A stretch of DNA of 58,850 nt from a bacterium (lineage in GTDB: Bacteria > Patescibacteriota > Minisyncoccia > Phycocordibacterales > UBA9973): positions 1-58,850 of the forward strand of contig JAYTNB010000050.1 in assembly GCA_043748495.1 (NCBI GenBank), read 5' to 3'. The position numbers and the translations under genes were made by a program. Positions 35,171 to 44,225 of this stretch are shown one piece after another (position 1 is the first letter of the stretch; every line of letters starts with the position of its first letter). The notes beneath the pieces were generated by a model. It did no database searches and was not told where the DNA came from. It worked only from the letters and a program-made list of their open reading frames with translations.

Positions 35171-35752
35171 ATGACAATGAACAATAAAGAAGTAACACCA
35201 AAAGTGTTCAATCCCGAGAATACTGAGGAAACACTAACTTTTAAAAAAAGCTTTGACAGGAAGAGGGTCCTTGAGGAAAAATTATTAAAGATATTGTTTG
35301 ATGACCATTTAGCTAAAATGAAAAACGAAGAACCAAGAAAACTTAAAAGTTACCCTCTTCCAAAGAAAATTGATATTCAAGAAATAATCAATAATGAAGA
35401 AATAAAGGTTACTGAAAATGAAGAACAAAATGCTGATTTTGAAAAACATAAAAAAGAATGGGAAGAAAAAAAGAAACAAAGAATAAACGTTCAAAAAGAA
35501 GTAAAGGAGAGTAGCAATCAAGAAATAAAAGGAGATGGTGCGAAAAAATTAGTCTGGCCACCATTGAGACCAGGATCTGATGAGGAACGAATGGATATTC
35601 ATAGAAAGAAAATTCGTACAGAAACCAAGTTGATAGAAGGTAAAGTATGGACAAAAAATGATGAGAAAACGCTGCAAGAATTAATCGCTGTTATAGAAAG
35701 TACTAAAAAAGAGATTCTAGCATTAGAAAAAGAACTTAAAACATCTAAATAA
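35171..35752 (+). CDS. hypothetical Lys/Glu-rich protein
   Basis: Open frame, first of four co-oriented genes after the terminator and a TGTATAAT promoter (35150-35157). Confidence 0.5.
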   Translation: MTMNNKEVTPKVFNPENTEETLTFKKSFDRKRVLEEKLLKILFDDHLAKMKNEEPRKLKSYPLPKKIDIQEIINNEEIKVTENEEQNADFEKHKKEWEEKKKQRINVQKEVKESSNQEIKGDGAKKLVWPPLRPGSDEERMDIHRKKIRTETKLIEGKVWTKNDEKTLQELIAVIESTKKEILALEKELKTSK

Positions 35753-35760
35753 TACAATAT

Positions 35761-37209
35761 ATGGAAAGAAGAACAACAAAAGAATTAGCTAAACTCAAAA
35801 GAACTCTTTTAGATGCAGAAAAAGAAGCTGACTCATTTCGTGCTAAAAAAAGTAGGATTGAGTCAACAAATAAAAAAATAGAACCAGAAAATTTGGAGCC
35901 TGTTATTTTAGACGAATCAACAGAACCAAAAGGAGAAGATTACATTGATTACTTACAAAGTATGAAAGGAAAGGAAGAAAACCTAAGATTCAGTGAGTGG
36001 ATGGAGTCAAAAAAAGTAAAACCTGTTGTCGTTGAAGATGGAATTATAGATACGGGGCTAACAGGGAACCATCAAAAAATAAAACCTACAACAAGTTTTT
36101 TCGATGATATAGATACTGAGGGTGAAGTAAAAAATCCAACAATAAAAGGCAAAAAACAAAAAGACATAAAAATAGAACCAGAAAATTTGGAGCCTGTTAT
36201 TTTAGACGAATCCGCAGAACCAGAAGTTCCAATTACTGAACCTGATTTTCATCAAGATGTTTTGCCTAATAATGAGGTTAAAGCTGTCTCACAAGAACCG
36301 ACAGAGGTAGAGACAAAGGTTAAAAAAGAATCTGATGAAGAGGAGTCAAGAAAAGAAATGGTGGCTTTGTACAAAGAAGTACTTTTAGCGTATGAAGAAA
36401 ATAAAAAGAGTAAAGAAAGAACTAATGAAAAATTATCTAAATTGAATGAGGAAATAGATAAGCTAGAAAAACAAATTACTAATGATACAACAAAAGAATC
36501 CGTAATAGAAACAGAAAATACGGACACAGGAGCAACAGAAGAAGTTGCTGAAAAAGAAGTTGTAGAAAATATAGAAGAAAAAGATAAAGATTTTTTGAAA
36601 GAAGATAACAAAGAGATTGAAGCGATAAAAGAAAAAACATCAGAAAATAGTATTGCCAAAGAGAGTCTTTTCAAGAGATTTAAAAATGCCATTCTGGGAC
36701 AAAAAAACAACAAGAAAGAGGATTTTAAGAATGAGCACTCAGAGATAGAAAAAGATCATGAAAACAAACCTTTCATATACTATGCTTTTAGTAAAATCAA
36801 CAAAGATAAAAATAAAGCTGTATTTTCTAGATTTATAACAACTTTTGGCAACGACGTTTATCCTGATCTAAGAATATGTGAGTTAGGTGAATTTGATCAT
36901 AAAAAACATTTTTATGATTCAGTTTTTAAATGGAAATTCTTAGTAGTAACAAATAAAGACCCAATGGAAGGTTTCTTTTTTGCAAGTATTTCTGGATTTT
37001 CTATGGTAATAAAAAATGTAAAAGAAGTAACGCAGGATGATGGGATAAACGAAACGTCAGAAAAAATTATATATAAGATAGTTGGACCAGATGGAGAAAT
37101 TGTCCAAGATGACATTCAAGGATATGATAAAGCCAGGGAAATATTTGAAGAAAAAAGAGCTTTAAATAAGATTGATATTGAAAAAGAATTTAATAATTTA
37201 AAAAACTAA
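35761..37209 (+). CDS. hypothetical acidic protein with an internal duplication
   Basis: IEPENLEPVILDES occurs twice. No known motif recognised. Confidence 0.5.
   Translation: MERRTTKELAKLKRTLLDAEKEADSFRAKKSRIESTNKKIEPENLEPVILDESTEPKGEDYIDYLQSMKGKEENLRFSEWMESKKVKPVVVEDGIIDTGLTGNHQKIKPTTSFFDDIDTEGEVKNPTIKGKKQKDIKIEPENLEPVILDESAEPEVPITEPDFHQDVLPNNEVKAVSQEPTEVETKVKKESDEEESRKEMVALYKEVLLAYEENKKSKERTNEKLSKLNEEIDKLEKQITNDTTKESVIETENTDTGATEEVAEKEVVENIEEKDKDFLKEDNKEIEAIKEKTSENSIAKESLFKRFKNAILGQKNNKKEDFKNEHSEIEKDHENKPFIYYAFSKINKDKNKAVFSRFITTFGNDVYPDLRICELGEFDHKKHFYDSVFKWKFLVVTNKDPMEGFFFASISGFSMVIKNVKEVTQDDGINETSEKIIYKIVGPDGEIVQDDIQGYDKAREIFEEKRALNKIDIEKEFNNLKN
35874..36212 (+). repeat. 45-nt perfect direct repeat, two copies 294 nt apart inside the coding region
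   Basis: AAAAATAGAACCAGAAAATTTGGAGCCTGTTATTTTAGACGAATC at 35874-35918 and 36168-36212. Confidence 0.9.
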
Positions 37210-37218
37210 TAAATATTT

Positions 37219-39711
37219 ATGGCTATGATAAAAAAACCAGATATACCGCCAACAATGAACTCAGAGACCTCTGAGGAAACTTTATTGCGATTGCAACAAG
37301 AAAGAGATGGATTTTTAAGAGAAAAAGAGGAGCAAGATATAAAAGATGTAGAGCTTGAACAGAAATTAAAAATTTTAGGAGAGAAGTTAGGTATAAAACC
37401 AGAAACACAAGAAAGTTCAGACACAGAAAATAAAAAAACAGCAGAACAGATACTGGATGAAAGTAAAGAAAGAGCAAAAATAGAAAGTGAGATTAAAGAT
37501 AAATTGGAAGCACAAAAAGCAAAGATAGAGATAAGAAAAAGTTTTTTGAGCCCTGCAAAAAAACTCCTTTTTGAAAAACTTTCAAAAGCAGGAAATTTTA
37601 TTGGAACCAATTGGGATAAACTTAAAGAAACTCAAGGTTTCCAAAAAGGTGCCGCAGGATTATCTGCATATAGCCAGTTTATGAATGGTGGGAAAGAAAT
37701 TTTTAGATTCCAAAACGGAATAGACAAAGATGGGAATCCAACATACTACAGATACACATGGAGAAAACTAGCGCTCAGTAGTGCTATAGCTGGTACCGCT
37801 GTAGCTTTTCTACCTGTAACTGGAGTAGCTGCTGCAAGTGTGTTTGGAACAAAAATAGCACGTGGAATAATCGGGGGAATAGGTGGAGCAAAAGCCATAA
37901 AAGAAATAAACCGTGAAGGACAAGAAAAAATATCTAAACTTGAAATGGAAAAAGGGAATACAAACCTAACAGAAGAACAGCTTGTTTCACTGGAGAAGAA
38001 AATCAGGAGAACTAAACTTGCGACGCAAGCATTTGCAATGACTGCTGGAATTGTAACGGGTTATGCTTTGGCAATACTTGCTGGTGAAATAACTGGACGT
38101 ATTGGTTCTACTAATTTAGAAACACCTGGAATAAAAAATCCGACAGTACCGAATAACGAAACACAATTTACAAATACAGGGCGAACTCTAGGTGGTGGTG
38201 ATCGTGTTTGGGATAAAAACAAAGTAAGTATTTGGGGTCAATTTAAAAACCTTTTTGGTGGACATAATGAGAAACCAGAAGAAGTAATTTTTGATAATGA
38301 TGAGGTAACAACAGAAATAGTAATCGAAAACAAAGGAGGTGCGACTGATAGTACCGAAGTTAATACTCCTAAAGAAAAGATTTTAATTGAAAAAACAGTA
38401 GAAAAAGTGGAAGAGAACAAAGAAGATGCGACTGATAGTACCGAAGTTAACACTCCTGAAAAAGAAGTTGTAAGTGGTGAAACAGAAAAAACAACAATAG
38501 AAAAAGTTGACGATAACAAAGAAAGTGCGTCTGATAGTACAAAAGTTGTTACTCCACAAGAAGAAATAGTAAAGGCAAAAGAAAATATCATTCCTAAAGA
38601 AGCACTAATAGACAGTGAGCACAATGTTGGAGTAACTTATGCTTTCAAAAGTCAACTTGAAGCCAATCATGAGTTAGCCACAAAAATGGGTTATCCATTA
38701 GAAGGAACAGCTTCAGAAAAAGCACTATTTTTGAAACATTTAGGAGAAAAAACAGGTTATATAGGACCTGATGGACAAGTATTAGTAAAAGCAAACGTGG
38801 GTGCTGCATACGAACTAAAAATTGATACCAATGGAAAAATTATGGTTCAAGAATACCAAAACGGTGTTGCGACCGAGATACATCACGAAGGTGATAAATT
38901 AGAAACTGGAAAAGACTTGAACGAATATGAATATAGTAAAGCAACTATTCCTGCAGAAAAATTAGAATACGGTGGAATTGAAAATGAAGGCACAGATTTA
39001 GAAGAGGGTGATGATAAATATAAAATAGATGGACCTCAAAAAAATCTCGACGGAACTTTACTTACAGATGAAGGAGACTATGCAATAGAAGGAGATCAAA
39101 AAGACTTGCCTGATATCGACAAAACAGAAATAGAAAAACCATTTATAATAGACCCCATTTGGGAAAAACCAACTAAACTAGGAGTGGACTACTATCTGCA
39201 TGGAAACGATCATTTAAAAGGACTTGATAAAAATACATTAGATGCTTTGCTAAAACAAGGAATAGTTATAGACAGACAAACAGTTACACCATTAGGAGTA
39301 ATCCACAATTACGAAATGAAGGGTGCTGGAGAAATACTAAAGTTACGAGACGACGCTGAATTGATAAAAGCAAAATTCCACTTGAAAGCAAATGCCTTAA
39401 ATACTGATCCACTAGGAACAGAAACAATGGAAGAATACAAGGAGAGACTGATCAAAAGTATGGATAAAATCGAGAAGGAGCAACAAAATATCAAAATAGA
39501 TCTTTCTCAACAATCAAACGCGATAGATTATGAAAAAGGTAGAAAAGATGGTTTCTATGATGCTGCGTATGCTCAAGCAGAACACCGATATAAAGTTATG
39601 AGAAATGGACAAATAACTAATGGATTCCTTAATCTAATTTTTAGAAACAATCGTTATTATGGTGGGTACAATAGCGGATATTATAATTCAAATGGGGGAT
39701 ATTATCGTTAA
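37219..39711 (+). CDS. large hypothetical membrane protein with Gly/Tyr-rich tail
   Basis: Coiled-coil N-terminus, two or three hydrophobic helices (AIAGTAVAFLPVTGVAAASVFG and AFAMTAGIVTGYALAILAG), three ~90-nt repeats (xxATDSTEVNTP, 38326-38556) and a C-terminal YYGGYNSGYYNSNGGYYR. Confidence 0.55.
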   Translation: MAMIKKPDIPPTMNSETSEETLLRLQQERDGFLREKEEQDIKDVELEQKLKILGEKLGIKPETQESSDTENKKTAEQILDESKERAKIESEIKDKLEAQKAKIEIRKSFLSPAKKLLFEKLSKAGNFIGTNWDKLKETQGFQKGAAGLSAYSQFMNGGKEIFRFQNGIDKDGNPTYYRYTWRKLALSSAIAGTAVAFLPVTGVAAASVFGTKIARGIIGGIGGAKAIKEINREGQEKISKLEMEKGNTNLTEEQLVSLEKKIRRTKLATQAFAMTAGIVTGYALAILAGEITGRIGSTNLETPGIKNPTVPNNETQFTNTGRTLGGGDRVWDKNKVSIWGQFKNLFGGHNEKPEEVIFDNDEVTTEIVIENKGGATDSTEVNTPKEKILIEKTVEKVEENKEDATDSTEVNTPEKEVVSGETEKTTIEKVDDNKESASDSTKVVTPQEEIVKAKENIIPKEALIDSEHNVGVTYAFKSQLEANHELATKMGYPLEGTASEKALFLKHLGEKTGYIGPDGQVLVKANVGAAYELKIDTNGKIMVQEYQNGVATEIHHEGDKLETGKDLNEYEYSKATIPAEKLEYGGIENEGTDLEEGDDKYKIDGPQKNLDGTLLTDEGDYAIEGDQKDLPDIDKTEIEKPFIIDPIWEKPTKLGVDYYLHGNDHLKGLDKNTLDALLKQGIVIDRQTVTPLGVIHNYEMKGAGEILKLRDDAELIKAKFHLKANALNTDPLGTETMEEYKERLIKSMDKIEKEQQNIKIDLSQQSNAIDYEKGRKDGFYDAAYAQAEHRYKVMRNGQITNGFLNLIFRNNRYYGGYNSGYYNSNGGYYR

Positions 39712-39733
39712 ATTATTAATTAATAAATAAATT

Positions 39734-40021
39734 ATGCAAACAAATATACACGAGACTTTAGCAAAAGCGTTAGGGATAGAGAATTTAGAAGCGAGTAAAC
39801 AAGAAGAAATAATAACAAGTACAGGCGCGCTGATATACCAAAGTGTTCTGATGCGTGCACTCGAAGAGATGCCTGATGAACAAGTCGATGAATTCGAAAA
39901 AATAACAGCAACAAATCCGACACCAGAAGTAGTATTTGACTTCTTTCGTTTAAAAATACCGAACTTTGAAGCGATGATCGCCGACGAAGCGCAGAAATTC
40001 ATGTCAGAAATCAAGAAATAG
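39734..40021 (+). CDS. hypothetical small helical protein
   Basis: Open frame only. Confidence 0.45.
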   Translation: MQTNIHETLAKALGIENLEASKQEEIITSTGALIYQSVLMRALEEMPDEQVDEFEKITATNPTPEVVFDFFRLKIPNFEAMIADEAQKFMSEIKK

Positions 40022-40052
40022 ATTTTATTTAAAAAAATGTTAAGATAGATAA

Positions 40053-41966
40053 ATGGATTATCTATCAGAACTAAATGACAAACAAAAAGAGGCCGTTGTT
40101 TATATGCAAGGGCCTCTTTTGATTGTAGCGGGGGCTGGGGCTGGTAAAACAAAGACCCTCACCCATAGAATCCTACATTTGATAAGAAATGGAGTTCGTC
40201 CGAGTGAGATCCTAGCTGTAACTTTTACAAATAAAGCTGCCAAAGAAATGCGGGAGCGTGTTTTGGATTTATTGTCAGACCGTCAATACGATAGCACTCC
40301 GATGGTCTGTACTTTCCATTCATTGGGTGTATACATAATAAGAGAAAACGCACAGAGCATAGGACTAACAAAGCATTTCACGATAGCAGATGAGAGTAAT
40401 GCAATTGGCCATATAAAAGACGCATTAAAGAAATTCGACTTGGATCCAAAAATACACGAACCGAGAAAGATAAAGTCGATCATCTCTCGATCTAAAGGGG
40501 ACTTTATAAGTCGTGAACAATTTTCGCAAAATATAAAATCAGGATTCCAAGAAATAGTTGCGAAAGTATGGAACTATTATGACGATGCACTAAAAAAAGA
40601 AGGGTCTTTGGACTTTGACGATCTTTTAATAAAAAGTGTACAGATATTAGAAAAAAATAAAGACATCAATAAAAAATATCACGATAGATTCAAATACATA
40701 ATGATCGACGAGTACCAAGACACAAACGAGGTTCAGTACACACTAGCTAAACTACTAGTTGGAGAAGAGCAGAATATCTGTGTGGTGGGGGATACAGATC
40801 AGAACATATATTCATGGCGTGGGGCTAATATAAAAAATATGCTCCATTTCGAAAAGGATTATAAAGATGCAAAGATAATAATGCTCGAACAGAATTATCG
40901 TTCGACAAAGACTATTATCGCAGCAGCTAACAGTGTCATCGAGAAGAATATCTTTCGTGTACCGAAAAATCTATTTACAGAGAAAGACGATGGTGACACG
41001 ATAACTATATATAATGCATACGATGAAACAGGGGAAGCGCAATTTATAGCCGAAACTGTTTATAATTTATTAAAAGAAAAAAAAGCTGAACCCACAGAAA
41101 TAGCCGTACTTTACCGTGCTAATTTCCAATCACGCATCCTCGAGGAAGCATTTCTCGGACAACAAGTCCCGTACCAAGTCTTAGGAATAAAATTCTTTGA
41201 GAGAGCCGAGATCAAAAATGTCCTTTCGTATGTTCGTGCTTCTTTAAATAAAGAAAGTCTAGGTGATATAAAAAGAATAATAAATGTACCAGCCCGTGGA
41301 ATAGGCAAAGTAAGTATTACAAAGATATTTTCTGGTATGTTTGACCAGTTACCAAGTAGCATGCAATCAAAAGTAAATATATTTTATGCTTTACTCACAT
41401 CGATAAATGAATACGCCCAAGACCACACTGTCTCAGAAACCCTCAGATATGTAATTGAAAAAAGTGGTATAGAAAATGAATTAAAGAACGGAAGTGCAGA
41501 AGACAATGAGAAATTAGAAAATATAAAAGAATTGGTGAGTTTATCTTTAAAGTACGACCAATACGGGATGGAGGGATTAGATACTCTTTTGTCTGATGCG
41601 TCATTGGCTTCTGACCAAGACAGTTTGATGCATCAAAATGGTGGAGTGCGACTAATGACAGTTCACGCTTCAAAGGGTCTCGAATTCAAATATGTTTTTA
41701 TATCTGGTCTCGAACAAGATTTATTCCCCCATGCTAGAACCAACAGTAAAGACGCAAGTGAAAGCGAAGAAGAACGCAGACTTTTCTATGTAGCACTGAC
41801 TCGCGCTGAGTATAAACTGTATCTGTGTTATGCGAGTATACGAACGATATTTGGTATGAAACAAGTGAACGCGCCAAGTGAATTTCTAAATGACATACCA
41901 GTGCATCTAACTTCGGTTGAAGAGACAAAATATAATAACAAAGAAAAGGTGGTATACTTGTGGTAA
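40053..41966 (+). CDS. pcrA: UvrD/PcrA-type ATP-dependent DNA helicase
   Basis: AGAGAGKTKTL, TFTNKAAKEM, DEYQDTN, GDTDQNIYSWRGA, QNYRST and VHASKGLEF. Confidence 0.95.
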   Translation: MDYLSELNDKQKEAVVYMQGPLLIVAGAGAGKTKTLTHRILHLIRNGVRPSEILAVTFTNKAAKEMRERVLDLLSDRQYDSTPMVCTFHSLGVYIIRENAQSIGLTKHFTIADESNAIGHIKDALKKFDLDPKIHEPRKIKSIISRSKGDFISREQFSQNIKSGFQEIVAKVWNYYDDALKKEGSLDFDDLLIKSVQILEKNKDINKKYHDRFKYIMIDEYQDTNEVQYTLAKLLVGEEQNICVVGDTDQNIYSWRGANIKNMLHFEKDYKDAKIIMLEQNYRSTKTIIAAANSVIEKNIFRVPKNLFTEKDDGDTITIYNAYDETGEAQFIAETVYNLLKEKKAEPTEIAVLYRANFQSRILEEAFLGQQVPYQVLGIKFFERAEIKNVLSYVRASLNKESLGDIKRIINVPARGIGKVSITKIFSGMFDQLPSSMQSKVNIFYALLTSINEYAQDHTVSETLRYVIEKSGIENELKNGSAEDNEKLENIKELVSLSLKYDQYGMEGLDTLLSDASLASDQDSLMHQNGGVRLMTVHASKGLEFKYVFISGLEQDLFPHARTNSKDASESEEERRLFYVALTRAEYKLYLCYASIRTIFGMKQVNAPSEFLNDIPVHLTSVEETKYNNKEKVVYLW

Positions 41967-41967
41967 T

Positions 41968-42909
41968 ATGATTCATAAAGCGAAAAAGTCTTTAGGGCTA
42001 AAAAAGTTTCCAAAACAAAACTTCTCGCCCGAGACTTTTCATAAAGCGAAAAAGTCTTTAGGGCAGAATTTCCTGAAATCACAAGTGGCTCTTCGTGCTC
42101 TTTGTGATGCGGGTTTCATAAAAGACACCGATACTGTTGTCGAAATAGGTCCAGGAAAAGGCGCCTTGACTGCTCACTTATTAAATAAAGCAAAGCAAGT
42201 AATAGCGATAGAAATGGATCATGATTTGATAGAACACTTACAAGAAAAGTTCCAAACAGAGATAAATGAAGGGAAATTGATTTTAATAGAAGGAGACTGT
42301 TTGGACTTTGATCCCCTCCTTATTCAAGGAGGGGTGGCTCTAAGCCGGGGTGGTAATCCTGAATTAATCACCACCTCCCCCTTCGGGTACTCCTCCTCGA
42401 TAAGGAGGAGAGAAAATTCGTACAAATTAATCGCAAATATCCCTTATAATATAACTGGTTTAATATTAAAAAAGTTTCTAGAAGAGGAAGACAATAAGCC
42501 AGAAAATATGGTTCTCGTTGTCCAAAAAGAGGTCGCCGAACGTATAGTCTGTCGTGATAATAAAGAAAGTATTTTGTCGCTTTCAGTAAAGCTTTTTTCT
42601 CAACCTAAATACATAATGAAGATTAGCAAGAAGTTTTTCTCTCCTGCTCCTGCTGTAGACTCAGCAATCATAGCGATGTATGACATAAAAAGTGTCGAGA
42701 AGAACTTCACAGATTTATTTTTCAAAATTATAAAAAAGTCTTTTGCTCACAAAAGAAAAGTTCTAAAAAAGAATTTAGAAAGCGTTTTGCAAAAAGAACA
42801 GATAGAAAGTCTATTCCGAGAATTAAAACTACCACTACAAGTCCGCGCAGAGGACATACCATATGAACAATGGTTAAATATTGTGAAATTTTTGGAAAAA
42901 ATTGTATAA
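41968..42909 (+). CDS. rsmA: 16S rRNA (adenine1518/1519-N6) dimethyltransferase with two unusual in-frame insertions
   Basis: KKSLGQNFL, EIGPGKGALT and NIPYNITG. The start is taken as ATG 41968, directly after the pcrA stop; the ORF track starts at 41917 inside pcrA. Confidence 0.88.
   Translation: MIHKAKKSLGLKKFPKQNFSPETFHKAKKSLGQNFLKSQVALRALCDAGFIKDTDTVVEIGPGKGALTAHLLNKAKQVIAIEMDHDLIEHLQEKFQTEINEGKLILIEGDCLDFDPLLIQGGVALSRGGNPELITTSPFGYSSSIRRRENSYKLIANIPYNITGLILKKFLEEEDNKPENMVLVVQKEVAERIVCRDNKESILSLSVKLFSQPKYIMKISKKFFSPAPAVDSAIIAMYDIKSVEKNFTDLFFKIIKKSFAHKRKVLKKNLESVLQKEQIESLFRELKLPLQVRAEDIPYEQWLNIVKFLEKIV
42313..42410 (+). repeat. GC-rich (~56% GC, hand count) multi-hairpin element inserted in frame in rsmA
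   Basis: CCCCTCCTT-attc-AAGGAGGGG, GGTGGT...ACCACC and CTCCTCCT-cgat-AAGGAGGAG. It sits between the GDxLxFD and NIPYN motifs, where KsgA proteins normally have about 20 residues; here there are 40. Confidence 0.7.
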
Positions 42910-42916
42910 TAAAGCC

Positions 42917-43303
42917 ATGAAAAGAAAATCAGCATACATTGCTTTAGGGATTTTAACAATTTTTACATTTGCATATACAGCTGATGCGATTGGTAAAAGC
43001 TTCGGGGGTAAAATAATTAGAGACAAATCTACTAAAGTGGAAGCACTAGAAAAAGCTGGTTATGTTTGTGTTGTCCCTGGAAAAACCATGACCATCAAAT
43101 GGAAAAATGGTACAACAAAAGAATTCTCTATACCGGCAGGGATCAGGAACGTACCTGGTTATTCTATAAAGGCAAATCAACAAGTACTGGGTCTTTATAC
43201 TCAAGCGAGAACTCCGATTACTTGCACTCTATATTCGATACCCCCAGTAGTAGAAATAGTTAATTTGGACACAATAACTTATTACGGAACATCTTTAAAA
43301 TAA
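42917..43303 (+). CDS. small secreted protein
   Basis: Signal peptide MKRKSAYIALGILTIFTFAYTADA. TATAAT (42905-42910) lies 6 nt before this ATG; the ORF track starts at 42902. Confidence 0.5.
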   Translation: MKRKSAYIALGILTIFTFAYTADAIGKSFGGKIIRDKSTKVEALEKAGYVCVVPGKTMTIKWKNGTTKEFSIPAGIRNVPGYSIKANQQVLGLYTQARTPITCTLYSIPPVVEIVNLDTITYYGTSLK

Positions 43304-44191
43304 ATGCAAAAATATCTCCCTAGTAAAAAATTCCAAATACAAGTCATAGCAATTTTAATTATTATAATTTTATTTGTTTCTTTTCGATTTCTCTTTAACT
43401 TTATAAAAAATAAAATAAAAGAAAGAAGAATAGAAAAGATACAGTCGGCAGTTACGATAAAGGACGTAATAGAAAAAGACACCAACAACAACGGTATTTC
43501 TGATTGGGAGGAGAAACTCTGGGGCAAAGATCCAAATACTAATGGTAAAGAAAACCGTGAATACATACTAGCCAAAAAAGCTGAACTATATAAAAAGAAT
43601 GAGAACACTTTAATAGATAGTAATAGTCTAAACACAGAAGGGTCTGCAAAAAAAGAATCAGAAGATCTTTCTAGGGCATTTTTTGCAACAATAATGGCAT
43701 TACAACAAGCTGGAGAGCTCGACGAAGACTCCATGAATGCAATAGGAAATTCTATTGGTGATAAAGTTATCCCTGATGAAATCCCCGATGTTTATACAAT
43801 ATCAAACATAAAAACAATAGAGTCCAGTAGCGATAACATAAGTGCTTATTATTTAGCATTCAGAGATTTAGCTGTAAAATACAAAGACGCAGATATAGGA
43901 AATGAATTAACATTTGTTGCGCAAGGTCTACAGAACAACGATCCTCAACTAATTGCCATAGTTGGTCAGATAGCTATTTCTTACCAGAATTTCGCAAAAG
44001 ACCTATTAAATATCCCAACCCCAACAACTATATCAAAAAATGCAGTCAACCTAGCAAATAGCTATGCAAAAACAGGACAATCTTTAGAACAGATTTCTAT
44101 GGGATTAGACAATCCAATAAAAGGAATGCAAGGATTATTAAATTATAAAAAAGAGCTAGACATCTTGCTTACAAACTTAAGTAATATTTAG
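43304..44191 (+). CDS. membrane-anchored hypothetical protein with one DxDxDG-type calcium-binding-like motif
   Basis: TM helix IQVIAILIIIILFVSF and the motif KDTNNNGISDWEEKLWGKDP. Confidence 0.5.
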   Translation: MQKYLPSKKFQIQVIAILIIIILFVSFRFLFNFIKNKIKERRIEKIQSAVTIKDVIEKDTNNNGISDWEEKLWGKDPNTNGKENREYILAKKAELYKKNENTLIDSNSLNTEGSAKKESEDLSRAFFATIMALQQAGELDEDSMNAIGNSIGDKVIPDEIPDVYTISNIKTIESSSDNISAYYLAFRDLAVKYKDADIGNELTFVAQGLQNNDPQLIAIVGQIAISYQNFAKDLLNIPTPTTISKNAVNLANSYAKTGQSLEQISMGLDNPIKGMQGLLNYKKELDILLTNLSNI

Positions 44192-44225
44192 GATATTTTT
44201 AAAAAGTGCTATAATAAATAGACAA

